This document shows, piece after piece, positions 46,958-57,630 of a stretch of 64,000 bases of DNA. The position numbers and the translations under genes are program-made. This DNA comes from a virus: IMG/VR virus record IMGVR_UViG_3300030419_007196, positions 32,001-96,000 of that record; one strand, written 5' to 3'. Below the pieces are notes generated by a model, which was given only the letters and a program-made list of their open reading frames with translations, ran no database searches and had not been told where the DNA came from. Position 1 is the first letter of the stretch; every line of letters starts with the position of its first letter.

Positions 46958-49900
46958 TCAAAACTTATCAATCTGTCTATGAATATCTTTCAATTCAAAA
47001 ATTTCTTCTGTATAGCACGCCTCGCCCAACAAGCTCTTTCCCGAAGAGGGGTGGCCAAACAAGGTGAAGGAGCTTTCTACGTCTTCACCCTTTAAATAAT
47101 TATCAACTGTATTCTCTCTTCTGTACTCTACAATCGCGCCCTTTGAAGGATTGTCTATTGCATTAATTGTAACAGTTTCATCAAAATATCTAAATGGTTT
47201 TCTATCATTAACAAAATCTGGACTAACTGAATCTGGCCGATTTGCAAAATTAATCTTATAGCCTAAAGACAGTTGAGCGAAAGTAGCGATCTCAAACGGC
47301 CCAGTTGAAATGTTTGCAAAGTGTTTAAACGCCTCATTATGGTTGATTGCCATCAATTCGCCATCATGGGTTGTTATTGTCACCCCAAAGTTTTTCTCAA
47401 TTTCGAAAGTTTCAACTGGCCATGAGGAGAATAAACAATTTAAATATTCGCCACTTATACCTTCATAAGGCTGGCCTAGCGAATTGTTGACCAAGGCGAT
47501 TTTTCTAACAGCGGTTCTCTGATCAAAGCCAACCTCTCGATCGTATTGCGTTAGTGTTTGTAATATTTTTTGGCGCCTCGGATAAATATACTCACCAAAA
47601 TCAAAGTACTTTAGTTCAAAATTGCTTCTTTCTCTAACATTTTCGTCAAAAATGCAAATGTATCTATGGTTAGAACTTATATCTAAAATTTTCGTTTTAT
47701 ATTCATTAGGTAGTGCTCTAAAATTAGTCGAACCACTAGTAAAATACTCTGACAATCTTGGATATGAAATCTCATAATTTGTAGCATGAAGTGTATCGTC
47801 GCTCAAATTTTTGACTATAGCCGTATTTAACAAGCCCTTAGAAAATATTGGCGCTGTTTCGATTCTTACTGTCCCTTCGTCTTCTCTAGTCTCCGATATT
47901 TCTACAGGGATAGAATTTCTATATGTGCTGTTTTTAAGGACTGGCTGGACATGTCGCAATCTAGCTGCGCCTAGTGAGTGTTTATATGGCCCACTAGAGT
48001 TTAAGAAATACATATGAAGTTTTTTGCCTTCGGCTATACCTGCTGTAATATTGGGGTTTGTTGCCGACCCACTTGTCATGCCATCAATTTCATAACCAGA
48101 CGCGCCAACGGTAACATCCCTGCCCACAACAATATTTGTGCCATGAAAATCTATGCGTTGAGAGCCAAACGGAGTTGCTGTGACAACCTCTTCGCTATTT
48201 GGAATTGTAATGCTGGCCTCTTCATCATAATAAGAAGCAGTTAAAGGCGCGTAATCTAGAATATCAGTCGCTATGGATGAAAAGTGAGAATTCACATATG
48301 GTGCATTATTATAGTCGCCTAGGCGAATAATGTTTGTTGCCCTGAACCATCTTTGATCGTAATTATTTTGTGAGTTCCTTGTTATGTATGCACTATCGTA
48401 TTCAACAACATATGACTGTAATTCATCTGTTGTGCGGCGGCGGTCAGCGACCTCCAGCCTCAAGTGAGGATTTGGATTTCCAGAGTATATTGCGGTGCCA
48501 GCCCCTTGACCGATAGAACGATAACTATGTCCATCATTAGCCAGCGGCGTTGAATAAGCTTTTCTTAAAGCCCTTTTGATATTTAAATTTTTATAATTTA
48601 AATTCTGTTGTGGCGAAGCTTGCTCGTTCTCAAGATCATACCTATCTCTAAAAATAGCGCGGTCGACTGCACGAATCTCTGAGGTACTCGACGTGTTTTC
48701 AACCCTACTAATTGCCTTTCTATCATATGCTGCCAAGCCAGATATTTCTTCAACCATTACAGTCTTGGCTGCAGAGTAAGAAAAAATATTGCCGCTGACA
48801 GCAAGTGTTGATATGTCACGATCACTTGGAGTAATTCCAAATATTTCACCGGATGTTCCATCCCAGTTAAAGCCAGATTTATATTTTGTAATATAGCTTC
48901 TCTTAACTTCGTGCACTAAGTTCGTTGGTATGCTAGAGTTTACCTTGAAGGAGCCTGCATTATCTGATTTTATCTGCGGGCTTTGAATGCGGATATCCGG
49001 ATTTGCGCCGGCCGAGCCAACCATAATGTTTACAGAATATTTTTCTTTCCTATCAGCTTCATCTTTTAAAAGTTGAGAATCAAGAGTTTTTATACCGACA
49101 GAAGACACAACTGACGGCTTTTGCTGGTATACCTCAAAGCCGATCCCAGAATTAAATGGCCTGTTTGAAGAAGATAAAATCTGAATTCCCATAGGACCCA
49201 AAAGCGTATCAGCCGTATATTCTCCATAGGCTTCAGAGCTAGAATCTCCTACACTTGCTAATGCGCGGTGAAATCTTTTGCCGTATAGGGCAGTATCCGC
49301 GTGATCCTCAATCAAAGGGGCGGAAGAGCTTTGTATGGTTACCAAAATCCCATCTGCACTTGTATCTTGAAATCTTCTTGTTTGTAGGAAAATATCATCA
49401 CTATTAGAAGTGTTTGTACTGAGCGTTTCACCTTTTATGGCGCGAGCCTGACCACGAACAGCATATGGCGTCGATGCGGCCATGGCATTTCTAGTTTTAA
49501 TTATTATATCAAGCTGAGTACGCAACGTATCGACATCTTTGGTGCCAACAATAATAGGGCTGCCGTTTCTGTCTTTTTCAGCCCGGTCTTTCATATAAAC
49601 ATATCTTTTAACAAAATTGCCATCTGAATTTGGTAGTCTTGTTACCTCTTTTGACCTCTCAAGTGATCGATTTGCCTCGTCAAAACCCTCTTCATCCACA
49701 TAGTTGCCGCCACCCTTATAGCTTAATGTTGGGTCGCCCTTTGTTGTTAAGGTTGTTGCTGATTTGATGGCCGCTTTAGGATAGTCTGTTGAAACTGTAA
49801 ATTCAGAATCATCTTGAGTTGCACCAATAGTTAAATCTGGACGGTTATTAACGTTTGTTAGTGTGATCCCAGTCAAGTCAACGTTGTCTGTGTTTAATTT

Positions 49901-52900
49901 CTCAGTCTTTGGAACATGTTTCCCTTCGTTTCCGGGTGGCCCCTCTGTGTTTTTATAATCATTATCAAAACTTTGTAACAACAACTCGTAGTGTCTTTTT
50001 ACTTTGTGCCGATCTAGCACATGATCCTCTACTACAGTCCTAATTTTTTCCGACGTTGCGGCTGAAGCTGGTACTAGATTTGGAATTACAGAGTCTAAAG
50101 CACTATCCAAAAATTTATAAAGATTAACAAATTTGTCCAAATCTTCGACTTTATTAACTCTTGAAAAATAAAAATGCTTAAAGTGTTCAAGCTGCTTATA
50201 GTTGTCTCTGTACGAGTGAACTACTTCACCATACATGTTGTTAAAAGATATGACATCGGCAAAAAAGTTTAATATGTCTCTTGACAAGACTTCATTCTGG
50301 CTAGCTTCAAACGCAAAGAAGTATTTAACAGGCTTCTTGTTCATTTGATGTGCATCGAAATCATTATTTAATAGCCTAATCATATTTTTGCCATATAATG
50401 AATCTGGCCTATGAATAATTGATCCCTGCATAAAATCTAATTTTGTAAAATCCCCAGATGTGGAGCCGCTAGCCCATCTAGCAGTAAAATCTCTGCTGTT
50501 GTGTTTGCCGAAGCCGCTCATCGGGTATTGTTCGACTAGTTTTAAGGACCCGCTAGCACTATCCAAAATTTCATCACTAGACGAAACAATAGTATCAAAT
50601 TCCCAATTTAACGCAAGAGTATCTGCCTTCAATATAAAACTTGCAGATGCCTCAGCCGATTCATAAGTGAAAGCTCTTTCCTGTGGGTTTGAAAGACCAT
50701 AGTTTTTTGGATTTCTGGAATGTTTTGTTATCTCATCATTTGTTAGAAAAGAATTCCAAACCATAAATCTAGAAAATTTAACGTCACTCCTGTTAAGCAA
50801 AGCACCAGTAATGTTAGTTCGGTGGGCACCCAAGAAAAACCTCTTATTAGAGCCAGTTAAAAACTGACTAGCTGAAACATGAGAGATGGATGCGCTGGTT
50901 TCAAATTGTGCTAATTTTTCACCTAAGTGTGTCTTTACACCATAAAAATTTAATGTAAAAGTTGTCGAATCCTTCACATAGCTAGAGAATGGATATTCTT
51001 GAGGATAAAGCCTGACTGCCAATTGCCATGGAATGCCATCATATACTAACTTATCTTCATCAGCAAAGAAGCTAGAGGTCAACATCGGTATAAACCCAGT
51101 TGATGATGTTAGTACAAACTGTGCGTGGCCAGAACTGTTCCTTCTGGTTTGCACCTGAAAGTCAATATCACCATGGTCGGTGGTGGTGGGTATATGTGTT
51201 TGATTGTGAAAAATACTGGCGCTGTGCACACCAAACAAACTAGCTGTAGTCAGATCCTGCAGGCCCTGTAGTGATGCAATATCTGGCTTTTTTGGGAAAA
51301 GTATTTGAGCCTCTATGGTCATCGGTATATTTTCATTTGAAGAAGAAGGGAAATAACCATATGAATCCATTTGCTCATCAGAGCCTGAATGGTATTGGAA
51401 AATAACACCTTCTCTATCATCAGAATCCTCAAACCCTGAAAAGTCAACTAGCCTCTTTTTTACTATTGAATCATAAACTTTATCATCTATTTGGTATTCA
51501 ACACCATCCGCATAAAGATTAATCTTAAATAATTCATCATCTGTTCCGTAACACCTAAACAGGTTTCTAAATGCCTTTTCAGTTCCTTTTGATTTTAATA
51601 TCGATGTTAGGTTTGCGTATATATTCTTGTAAACTTTGTTTTTAAGATTGTATAATTTGTCTTCAAAAGTTCTTTTTTCATCCTGATCAAAAATAGTTGC
51701 CAAAACATCCGGGTCGACAAACATCTCAGGAACATTAAAGCCTGACGCTTGTAATAATCTAGCCGCATAATCAGTAGTTTTGTTACTTGATGAAATATAT
51801 TGAGCTTCTTTAAAGTTCTTAACATGCTCAATTTGCGCGTGCATGGTATCAAAATAGGAGCCAACAACTTGAAACAACTTCTTTATTTCTTGGCCTTTGA
51901 AGTTGTCCAAATCCCTCATCCATTGTGGTATGTTGCTGTAAAGCGCCGTACCATTAGAGACATCATAATTGCTTCCAGATGTCAAAAGTGGAGTGAGTGT
52001 GTTGTTATAATTTGGGTTATCTTCGAACAACAGCGGGTCTTTTGTTTCTGATTGGGCATAGCCCCCGGCGACCATAGCCGATTCTTCGCTTCTCATGGAT
52101 AAAGTCGAATCATACCCAATGAATGTTCCGTTGTTTATTCTTCCAGAATAGTCTACAATTAAGTTGTCGCCAATTGATGTAGAGGACGTGACCTCGTTAC
52201 CATCAACATATAGGCCAGATCCAGAAACAGAACTAACGCCCTCATTAAATTTAAAATAAACGCCTAAATCAACTTTGTTAAAATGGGCACTAGAAGTATA
52301 AAAATATTTTGATGTGTCTGTGTTCGTGCCACCATCAACACCTCTAAACCAATTTAAGCCGACTTGCTTCCCGGTTCTTGCCGTCTTCCAAATTCTAAAA
52401 TCGTCAAAAGACGCAGATATCGGCTTGCCAAAGCCGGCTTCAGACTCAATCGCAGATGTATCTGGAGCGGCGGCGCTATGTTTGCCGCCAACACCACCGA
52501 TGGTTCCCACAACGGAGCCAGTTATCGTATAAATTGGAGAGCCTACACCATGAACATACTCTTTTGTGTTAGCCATTTTACCGTTAACATAAGCTATGGA
52601 TTGAATGCTATCCGACTCTTGCTTTTTGAACGTAAACGCAAGGTGCCTCCATGTGTTATCAGCCACGGTTGTGACAACACTACTTAAATCAAAAGAGCCT
52701 GTATTTAGAGTCTGCCAAGACGAACCATCATAAAATTCTTGATGAAAAGAAACTGCCGATGCTTCGCTGCCACTCAAGAACAAAGTAAATCTTTGTGTGT
52801 CTGTTTCGTTTCTTAAATTAAGTAACGCCTCGTACTCTGTTTGAGTAACCTTATTTGGTGAGCCATTCTTCTTAAGCCAGAATTCAACTGTAAGTCCGTC

Positions 52901-53404
52901 ATTTAGATTAACGTGTAAATTGTTTTCTTGTCCGACATCAGAATCTATGACGTTATCTTGATGTGGGCCACCATAAAATCTAACATACTGTGGCTTTGTC
53001 GTTGTGCCAAAGCCAGATGGTAACTCCTCACCATAAGTGCTTCCAAGTCCAAGAGTGATGTGACCGTTGTATTTCGGATATTTTTCATCATAAACATATC
53101 TTTCAAACGGAGTTAAATTGTTGTAAAACGATAATTTTTCAGCAGCAGAGCCATCATATGGGTATTGAGTGCGAATTCTTTTAAATGCATTATTGTAATA
53201 CTCATGCGCCAAACCATACCTAACATAGTTTGATAATTTAGAATAATCTATATCTGGTAGTAGATAATTTTTCTCCTCAAAATATTCTTCAGCGTGAAAA
53301 GGAGATTCAATATCTGCCAAAGACGCTGTTAAGTTTCCTTTTACTGCGCCTTTTTTATTGGCTGGCAAGCCTGTCTGATTTTTAAAAAAACTTTTTGTAC
53401 CCAT
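46958..53404 (-). CDS. Very large baseplate wedge / adsorption protein with LamG domains (gp7-like?)
   Basis: TVEFWLK, WRHLAFT, DDFRIWKTART and YFKFNEG LamG motifs; ILKSKGTEKAFRNLFRCYG resembles the P2 gpI/gp7 wedge motif. Confidence 0.7.
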   Translation of the reverse strand: MGTKSFFKNQTGLPANKKGAVKGNLTASLADIESPFHAEEYFEEKNYLLPDIDYSKLSNYVRYGLAHEYYNNAFKRIRTQYPYDGSAAEKLSFYNNLTPFERYVYDEKYPKYNGHITLGLGSTYGEELPSGFGTTTKPQYVRFYGGPHQDNVIDSDVGQENNLHVNLNDGLTVEFWLKKNGSPNKVTQTEYEALLNLRNETDTQRFTLFLSGSEASAVSFHQEFYDGSSWQTLNTGSFDLSSVVTTVADNTWRHLAFTFKKQESDSIQSIAYVNGKMANTKEYVHGVGSPIYTITGSVVGTIGGVGGKHSAAAPDTSAIESEAGFGKPISASFDDFRIWKTARTGKQVGLNWFRGVDGGTNTDTSKYFYTSSAHFNKVDLGVYFKFNEGVSSVSGSGLYVDGNEVTSSTSIGDNLIVDYSGRINNGTFIGYDSTLSMRSEESAMVAGGYAQSETKDPLLFEDNPNYNNTLTPLLTSGSNYDVSNGTALYSNIPQWMRDLDNFKGQEIKKLFQVVGSYFDTMHAQIEHVKNFKEAQYISSSNKTTDYAARLLQASGFNVPEMFVDPDVLATIFDQDEKRTFEDKLYNLKNKVYKNIYANLTSILKSKGTEKAFRNLFRCYGTDDELFKINLYADGVEYQIDDKVYDSIVKKRLVDFSGFEDSDDREGVIFQYHSGSDEQMDSYGYFPSSSNENIPMTIEAQILFPKKPDIASLQGLQDLTTASLFGVHSASIFHNQTHIPTTTDHGDIDFQVQTRRNSSGHAQFVLTSSTGFIPMLTSSFFADEDKLVYDGIPWQLAVRLYPQEYPFSSYVKDSTTFTLNFYGVKTHLGEKLAQFETSASISHVSASQFLTGSNKRFFLGAHRTNITGALLNRSDVKFSRFMVWNSFLTNDEITKHSRNPKNYGLSNPQERAFTYESAEASASFILKADTLALNWEFDTIVSSSDEILDSASGSLKLVEQYPMSGFGKHNSRDFTARWASGSTSGDFTKLDFMQGSIIHRPDSLYGKNMIRLLNNDFDAHQMNKKPVKYFFAFEASQNEVLSRDILNFFADVISFNNMYGEVVHSYRDNYKQLEHFKHFYFSRVNKVEDLDKFVNLYKFLDSALDSVIPNLVPASAATSEKIRTVVEDHVLDRHKVKRHYELLLQSFDNDYKNTEGPPGNEGKHVPKTEKLNTDNVDLTGITLTNVNNRPDLTIGATQDDSEFTVSTDYPKAAIKSATTLTTKGDPTLSYKGGGNYVDEEGFDEANRSLERSKEVTRLPNSDGNFVKRYVYMKDRAEKDRNGSPIIVGTKDVDTLRTQLDIIIKTRNAMAASTPYAVRGQARAIKGETLSTNTSNSDDIFLQTRRFQDTSADGILVTIQSSSAPLIEDHADTALYGKRFHRALASVGDSSSEAYGEYTADTLLGPMGIQILSSSNRPFNSGIGFEVYQQKPSVVSSVGIKTLDSQLLKDEADRKEKYSVNIMVGSAGANPDIRIQSPQIKSDNAGSFKVNSSIPTNLVHEVKRSYITKYKSGFNWDGTSGEIFGITPSDRDISTLAVSGNIFSYSAAKTVMVEEISGLAAYDRKAISRVENTSSTSEIRAVDRAIFRDRYDLENEQASPQQNLNYKNLNIKRALRKAYSTPLANDGHSYRSIGQGAGTAIYSGNPNPHLRLEVADRRRTTDELQSYVVEYDSAYITRNSQNNYDQRWFRATNIIRLGDYNNAPYVNSHFSSIATDILDYAPLTASYYDEEASITIPNSEEVVTATPFGSQRIDFHGTNIVVGRDVTVGASGYEIDGMTSGSATNPNITAGIAEGKKLHMYFLNSSGPYKHSLGAARLRHVQPVLKNSTYRNSIPVEISETREDEGTVRIETAPIFSKGLLNTAIVKNLSDDTLHATNYEISYPRLSEYFTSGSTNFRALPNEYKTKILDISSNHRYICIFDENVRERSNFELKYFDFGEYIYPRRQKILQTLTQYDREVGFDQRTAVRKIALVNNSLGQPYEGISGEYLNCLFSSWPVETFEIEKNFGVTITTHDGELMAINHNEAFKHFANISTGPFEIATFAQLSLGYKINFANRPDSVSPDFVNDRKPFRYFDETVTINAIDNPSKGAIVEYRRENTVDNYLKGEDVESSFTLFGHPSSGKSLLGEACYTEEIFELKDIHRQIDKF

Positions 53405-53417
53405 TACTAGTAACTAT

Positions 53418-54851
53418 TTAACTATTAGATTCTTCAACTCTAAACCTGAATGTATTTTTAATAAGCTTTTTATTTCCGTTCTCTTCTGCTAGAAAGCTTA
53501 TTATATACGAATATCCACTCTCCAATAATTTCATATCTAGATCAAAATAATTTCCAGACACATCATAACTGGTAGCTGTATATTTAATAGAGCCAGTTCC
53601 ATAATCTATAACAGTTAAATCATCAGCCTCCCTAGTTATTTTGTAGTAAAGATCGTCGATTGGCGTGGTCTCAATATCGCTTGAAGCAACACTATAAATG
53701 TTCGGATTCCAATTTTTGTTTCTAGCGTAAACGCGGAACCTTGTCTCTTCATCTCTATCATAAGATTTTTTAAGATTTGTGATATTGATAATATAAGAAT
53801 CTGAAGGGTTCATAATCCCCGCTACATGAGTTTCTGGGTCAATTGAACCTGTGCGGAATTGTGTTGCTCTGGCAAGGTCGCCTGACACATAACTGCCCGT
53901 GCTCCAAACATCATAAACGACAGAGGCTGTTGTATTTAAATGAACCGAGGCTGAATATATACCAGTCTCCACCTTACTTGCTGTATAAGAAGTTGGCGCC
54001 GTGTCGGTTAAAGAATCTCTATAGAGCGAGACAATTAGCTTATCGCCGGTTAAATTTGGTATGTCAGTATATGCGCCCTTATGAACGTTATACAAATACA
54101 GTTTATTCAAATTGGCTGCAGCGGGCAACAAAGAACTGGATACTGTAAAGTTTCCTCTATTGTCCTTTTTAGAACTGTCCCATCTTGCTTCAAGCACCGG
54201 ACGTTTAAAGAAAAACTCACTAGTTCTGCCAAAAAATTTCTTGGTGTAGTAGGATTTTGTATTTTCCCCTTGGCTAGATGTTATAAACACTCCAAAACCA
54301 TAGTTGCCAGTATTCTCGTTAATCCATTCCTCGACCTGACGTGTAACCTTGATCTCGATGTTTTCTAGGCCAGTAGAAAGTGTCTGAGAATAAAAATTGG
54401 CCAGCGAGCCGGTTGCAAAATCGCCGCCAGATCCAGACCATTCATTACCAGCACTACGAAAGATCCAATTTGATGCGTCATCCTCAGTATACTCATCCAT
54501 ATCTAATCCAACACCCTCATCCCAAGAAGATGTGATTGGGGCGACAACTACCGTAAGATCACTAGGAACTGTATGTTGGTGAGGGCAGTTAAACATTCGT
54601 AAATAAAAATCAACACTACCAGAGGCCGGAATGTCGCCCTCAGATCGTGATGATGAAATACCACTTGTATCAAACTGTATTAAAATTCTTGCTAATTCAT
54701 TTGAAGAAGTGTAAGCTTGCCCATATATGCTAAAAATCTCCAAAATATCTGAAGCACCCATGTTAGAGCCAGTTGCTCTTGTTGTAAGATTTGGCTTATA
54801 GGCGTTTGTTATTGTATTGTCTTTGGTGGCATAAAACCTCTTAATGCTCAT
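53418..54851 (-). CDS. Baseplate-associated structural protein
   Basis: KDNTI, RILIQFD, SWDEGVG, RPVLEARWD; follows gp6. Confidence 0.6.
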   Translation of the reverse strand: MSIKRFYATKDNTITNAYKPNLTTRATGSNMGASDILEIFSIYGQAYTSSNELARILIQFDTSGISSSRSEGDIPASGSVDFYLRMFNCPHQHTVPSDLTVVVAPITSSWDEGVGLDMDEYTEDDASNWIFRSAGNEWSGSGGDFATGSLANFYSQTLSTGLENIEIKVTRQVEEWINENTGNYGFGVFITSSQGENTKSYYTKKFFGRTSEFFFKRPVLEARWDSSKKDNRGNFTVSSSLLPAAANLNKLYLYNVHKGAYTDIPNLTGDKLIVSLYRDSLTDTAPTSYTASKVETGIYSASVHLNTTASVVYDVWSTGSYVSGDLARATQFRTGSIDPETHVAGIMNPSDSYIINITNLKKSYDRDEETRFRVYARNKNWNPNIYSVASSDIETTPIDDLYYKITREADDLTVIDYGTGSIKYTATSYDVSGNYFDLDMKLLESGYSYIISFLAEENGNKKLIKNTFRFRVEESNS

Positions 54852-56647
54852 TAAATTACTACCCCCACAATATCTACATCCGGATATCTAAGTTCCAACA
54901 CCGTGTTCTCTGGTACAAAAACAAATCGACCGTCAGCGCTTATGTTTGACTCAATATCATATGAAGTGTCGCTATAAGCGGTGCCAAACTTGTTAACAAT
55001 TTTCACAGTTTTTGTATCGACAACCTCAGTTATATCGTTTAAAAGTTTATAAATCTCAGAAATATAAAATGGTGTACCCATTAAAAGTTTATTCTCAAAG
55101 CGTTTTTTAATAGCTAGAATAGCCTTGTTTAGAACATCAGTAGTATTTGCCTCTGTTTTTGAAATTAAACTAAACTCTATGCCAATATTCACCACCTTGC
55201 CGTCTATGATATCTATGGTATCATTCATAACTCTGTAGTGGTTTAACCAAGTCTTTAAATTTTCTTTTACAGTCGAAGGAGTTGATACTAAAAATCCATT
55301 TTTATCCTCAGATACGGCAAATATATTTAGATTTCTTTTAAAAGAATCATTATCCCTAACAACATTTGCTCTTTTTACGGCACCAAATTTTGATGGCATT
55401 CTATAGATTAAAGAAATATAATCGTCTTTGGTTACCGCTCTATTTTGACTTGCAAACGCAGCGAGTCCTCTAACTCTCAATTCTTCCGCTAGAACAGGCT
55501 TGACCTGACCCGTAATTTGTTCCTCGTTCTCCACCTCTAAGGTTGATACCACCTTGTCTTTAATGTTTGCGGATACATCGGAATTCTTATAAGCTATAAT
55601 GGGGCTTGAAACCTTTGAAACAGACCCAACTGGGACATTTACATTATCGGCGGTATTTTTTCTGTATTTAATCGTTATATCGCCAACGGGTGGTAAAACA
55701 CCCAGCTTGTCCGAATCTAAAATTTTATTTGGATCAAATGTGTCGTCTGTATAATATTCCTTTGCTTTCTTTTCTATTATGACGCTAGCTGGGTCTGGAA
55801 ACTCGTTATTGCTTATCGATGTCTCTGACCCTGAGCCAAACTTAATCTTGGTCCCACCATCGAAAGTGTGTTCTACAACAAACCTCCTAGCAGCTAATTT
55901 GGGCTTAATAATGTAGGGAGCTTCCTCCACACTATTCTGATCGAAGTTTCTTAATGTTTCAAAAACTATATTTTGTGATAAATATTGAACTTCAAAATAT
56001 TCGTTGCCGTCTTTATCTATAACTGAAATGATCTCTGTCACATTCGTATCGTCAATTTCAATTTCTAAAAATTTAGAAAGAGATGTTATTGTTGATGTTT
56101 GGGTTTCGATAAGCCCAGAGACAACATCTCCATAAGCCTTATATGCGTATGTTACTGGCTTTTTGCCGTCATCTTCGCCAACGACTATCTGAGTATCTTC
56201 TCTTGAAAAATCAACATCCTCGACCAGAGTAAAGGCTGCGCCACCGTCTGAAGTTACAATAGTGTTCTTCTTCAGCATGGGTAAATTAGATGCGATAGGC
56301 TGTGAGCCGGCCTCGTCTGATTGTGCTGGCACTTCGACATAAAAAGCACACTTGCCGGTCGAAGTTGAGGCACCGGGATACTTATAGCCAAGTTGCTTGG
56401 CCAGTTTGGCAATATTTTCTGCTTCGATGGCGCTATCGATCAACATTTCGTTTGTTTGGTAGTCCACATAAAAAGAAAGCATGTCTCCAACATATGATAC
56501 CATGTCAAATACCATAGCACCAAAACTTGACTGATTAAAATCTTGATATGTTTCCGGGTAATATACCTTTGCATAGTTAACAAGATCTTGCTTAATAGAT
56601 TCAAAATCTCTACTGGTTAAATTTATCGGTGGTCGTTTATTAGTCAT
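54851..56647 (-). CDS. gp6: Baseplate wedge subunit (gp6/gpJ-like)
   Basis: RDFESIKQDLVNY, SYVGDMLSFYVD, IKFGSG, QNRAVTKDDY. Confidence 0.92.
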   Translation of the reverse strand: MTNKRPPINLTSRDFESIKQDLVNYAKVYYPETYQDFNQSSFGAMVFDMVSYVGDMLSFYVDYQTNEMLIDSAIEAENIAKLAKQLGYKYPGASTSTGKCAFYVEVPAQSDEAGSQPIASNLPMLKKNTIVTSDGGAAFTLVEDVDFSREDTQIVVGEDDGKKPVTYAYKAYGDVVSGLIETQTSTITSLSKFLEIEIDDTNVTEIISVIDKDGNEYFEVQYLSQNIVFETLRNFDQNSVEEAPYIIKPKLAARRFVVEHTFDGGTKIKFGSGSETSISNNEFPDPASVIIEKKAKEYYTDDTFDPNKILDSDKLGVLPPVGDITIKYRKNTADNVNVPVGSVSKVSSPIIAYKNSDVSANIKDKVVSTLEVENEEQITGQVKPVLAEELRVRGLAAFASQNRAVTKDDYISLIYRMPSKFGAVKRANVVRDNDSFKRNLNIFAVSEDKNGFLVSTPSTVKENLKTWLNHYRVMNDTIDIIDGKVVNIGIEFSLISKTEANTTDVLNKAILAIKKRFENKLLMGTPFYISEIYKLLNDITEVVDTKTVKIVNKFGTAYSDTSYDIESNISADGRFVFVPENTVLELRYPDVDIVGVVI

Positions 56648-56648
56648 T

Positions 56649-57059
56649 TTATAAGCTCGCTAATGTATTGTCTATATTTAGGTCCACTAAATCGTTGATC
56701 CCCAAAGCTGGTATAAAGTATTCGACTCTAACATATAATTGATTTTTTGCCTCATCAAACGCACAATCAGCAGAAATTATACTTACTGCAGGTAAATACT
56801 TTGCTGCTTGACTATAGATCCTTTCTGATATTTCCTCTTTTGTTTGCGTCGTAAAATTTTCGAACAAATATCTGCTTAGTCCAACGCCAAAATCCGAGTT
56901 CATGACTCTCTCGCCGGGATTAGTAAGCATTAAATTTTTAAAATTTTGTTTTATTTCTTCTGTTGGGTCTACAATTAAAGCATAAGGGCCGTTGACTTTA
57001 TCATAAGCCAGCGGTAATCTTGGTCCAATACCTATATAATCTTGTTTTATAATAGCCAT
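56649..57059 (-). CDS. gp25: Baseplate wedge / sheath initiator (gp25-like)
   Basis: IKQNFKNLMLTNPGERVMNSDFGVGL..YLFE. Confidence 0.92.
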   Translation of the reverse strand: MAIIKQDYIGIGPRLPLAYDKVNGPYALIVDPTEEIKQNFKNLMLTNPGERVMNSDFGVGLSRYLFENFTTQTKEEISERIYSQAAKYLPAVSIISADCAFDEAKNQLYVRVEYFIPALGINDLVDLNIDNTLASL

Positions 57060-57060
57060 A

Positions 57061-57630
57061 TTATAGTAAATAGCTCTTAATTGTTTCTGCTAGTATTATA
57101 TCGCAAAGATTTTTAAAAGCATCCGTTTTTGTTGATAGTGACGGCATCGTCTGTGCCTGTGTTACTTGGTCTCCGCTTAGGCCCAAGAAAATAGTAGCAA
57201 ATCCCCCATATTTTGCCTGAGCATAATTGTCTATCACCTTTATATCTTTAAGGCTTATATCTTTAGTAAAGACTGGGCCGTTGACTATCTTTAAACTTTC
57301 ATCAATCGCGATGACGCCGATAAATTCTCCGCTGACGCCGCCTTTTAACACGGCGGTTGCTGAATTTGGTAGATTTTTCAAGTCAAACTGCCCACTTAAA
57401 TCCCAAATTCCATACAATTTTGCACTAGAATTGTTGTATTTGTAAAATGTTGCACCCTCTAGACCCGGGGCTTTGCCATCAATTTTCCAAGATAGTGGCC
57501 CGCTAACTTCGCCCTTTGGCTGTTTTTCTGTTTTAACCCACGATATTTTATTTAAAAAAGATAAGTCAACCGAATTGTTAATCTGTTGGTCCGCTACACT
57601 ACCATTTAAAATATATGTCTTTATAGCCAT
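57061..57630 (-). CDS. Hypothetical protein
   Basis: 189-aa coupled ORF. Confidence 0.65.
   Translation of the reverse strand: MAIKTYILNGSVADQQINNSVDLSFLNKISWVKTEKQPKGEVSGPLSWKIDGKAPGLEGATFYKYNNSSAKLYGIWDLSGQFDLKNLPNSATAVLKGGVSGEFIGVIAIDESLKIVNGPVFTKDISLKDIKVIDNYAQAKYGGFATIFLGLSGDQVTQAQTMPSLSTKTDAFKNLCDIILAETIKSYLL
57067..57073 (-). promoter_or_regulatory. Putative late promoter CTATTTA, near-leaderless
   Basis: GCTATTTActataatATG: 7 nt before the gp25 start, inside the 3' end of the upstream gene. Confidence 0.45.

Noticed and set aside
777-57059. Bacterial contractile injection system or prophage
   Set aside because: Capsid, portal, terminase and protease are present, with no host genes or integrase; consistent with a lytic myovirus.
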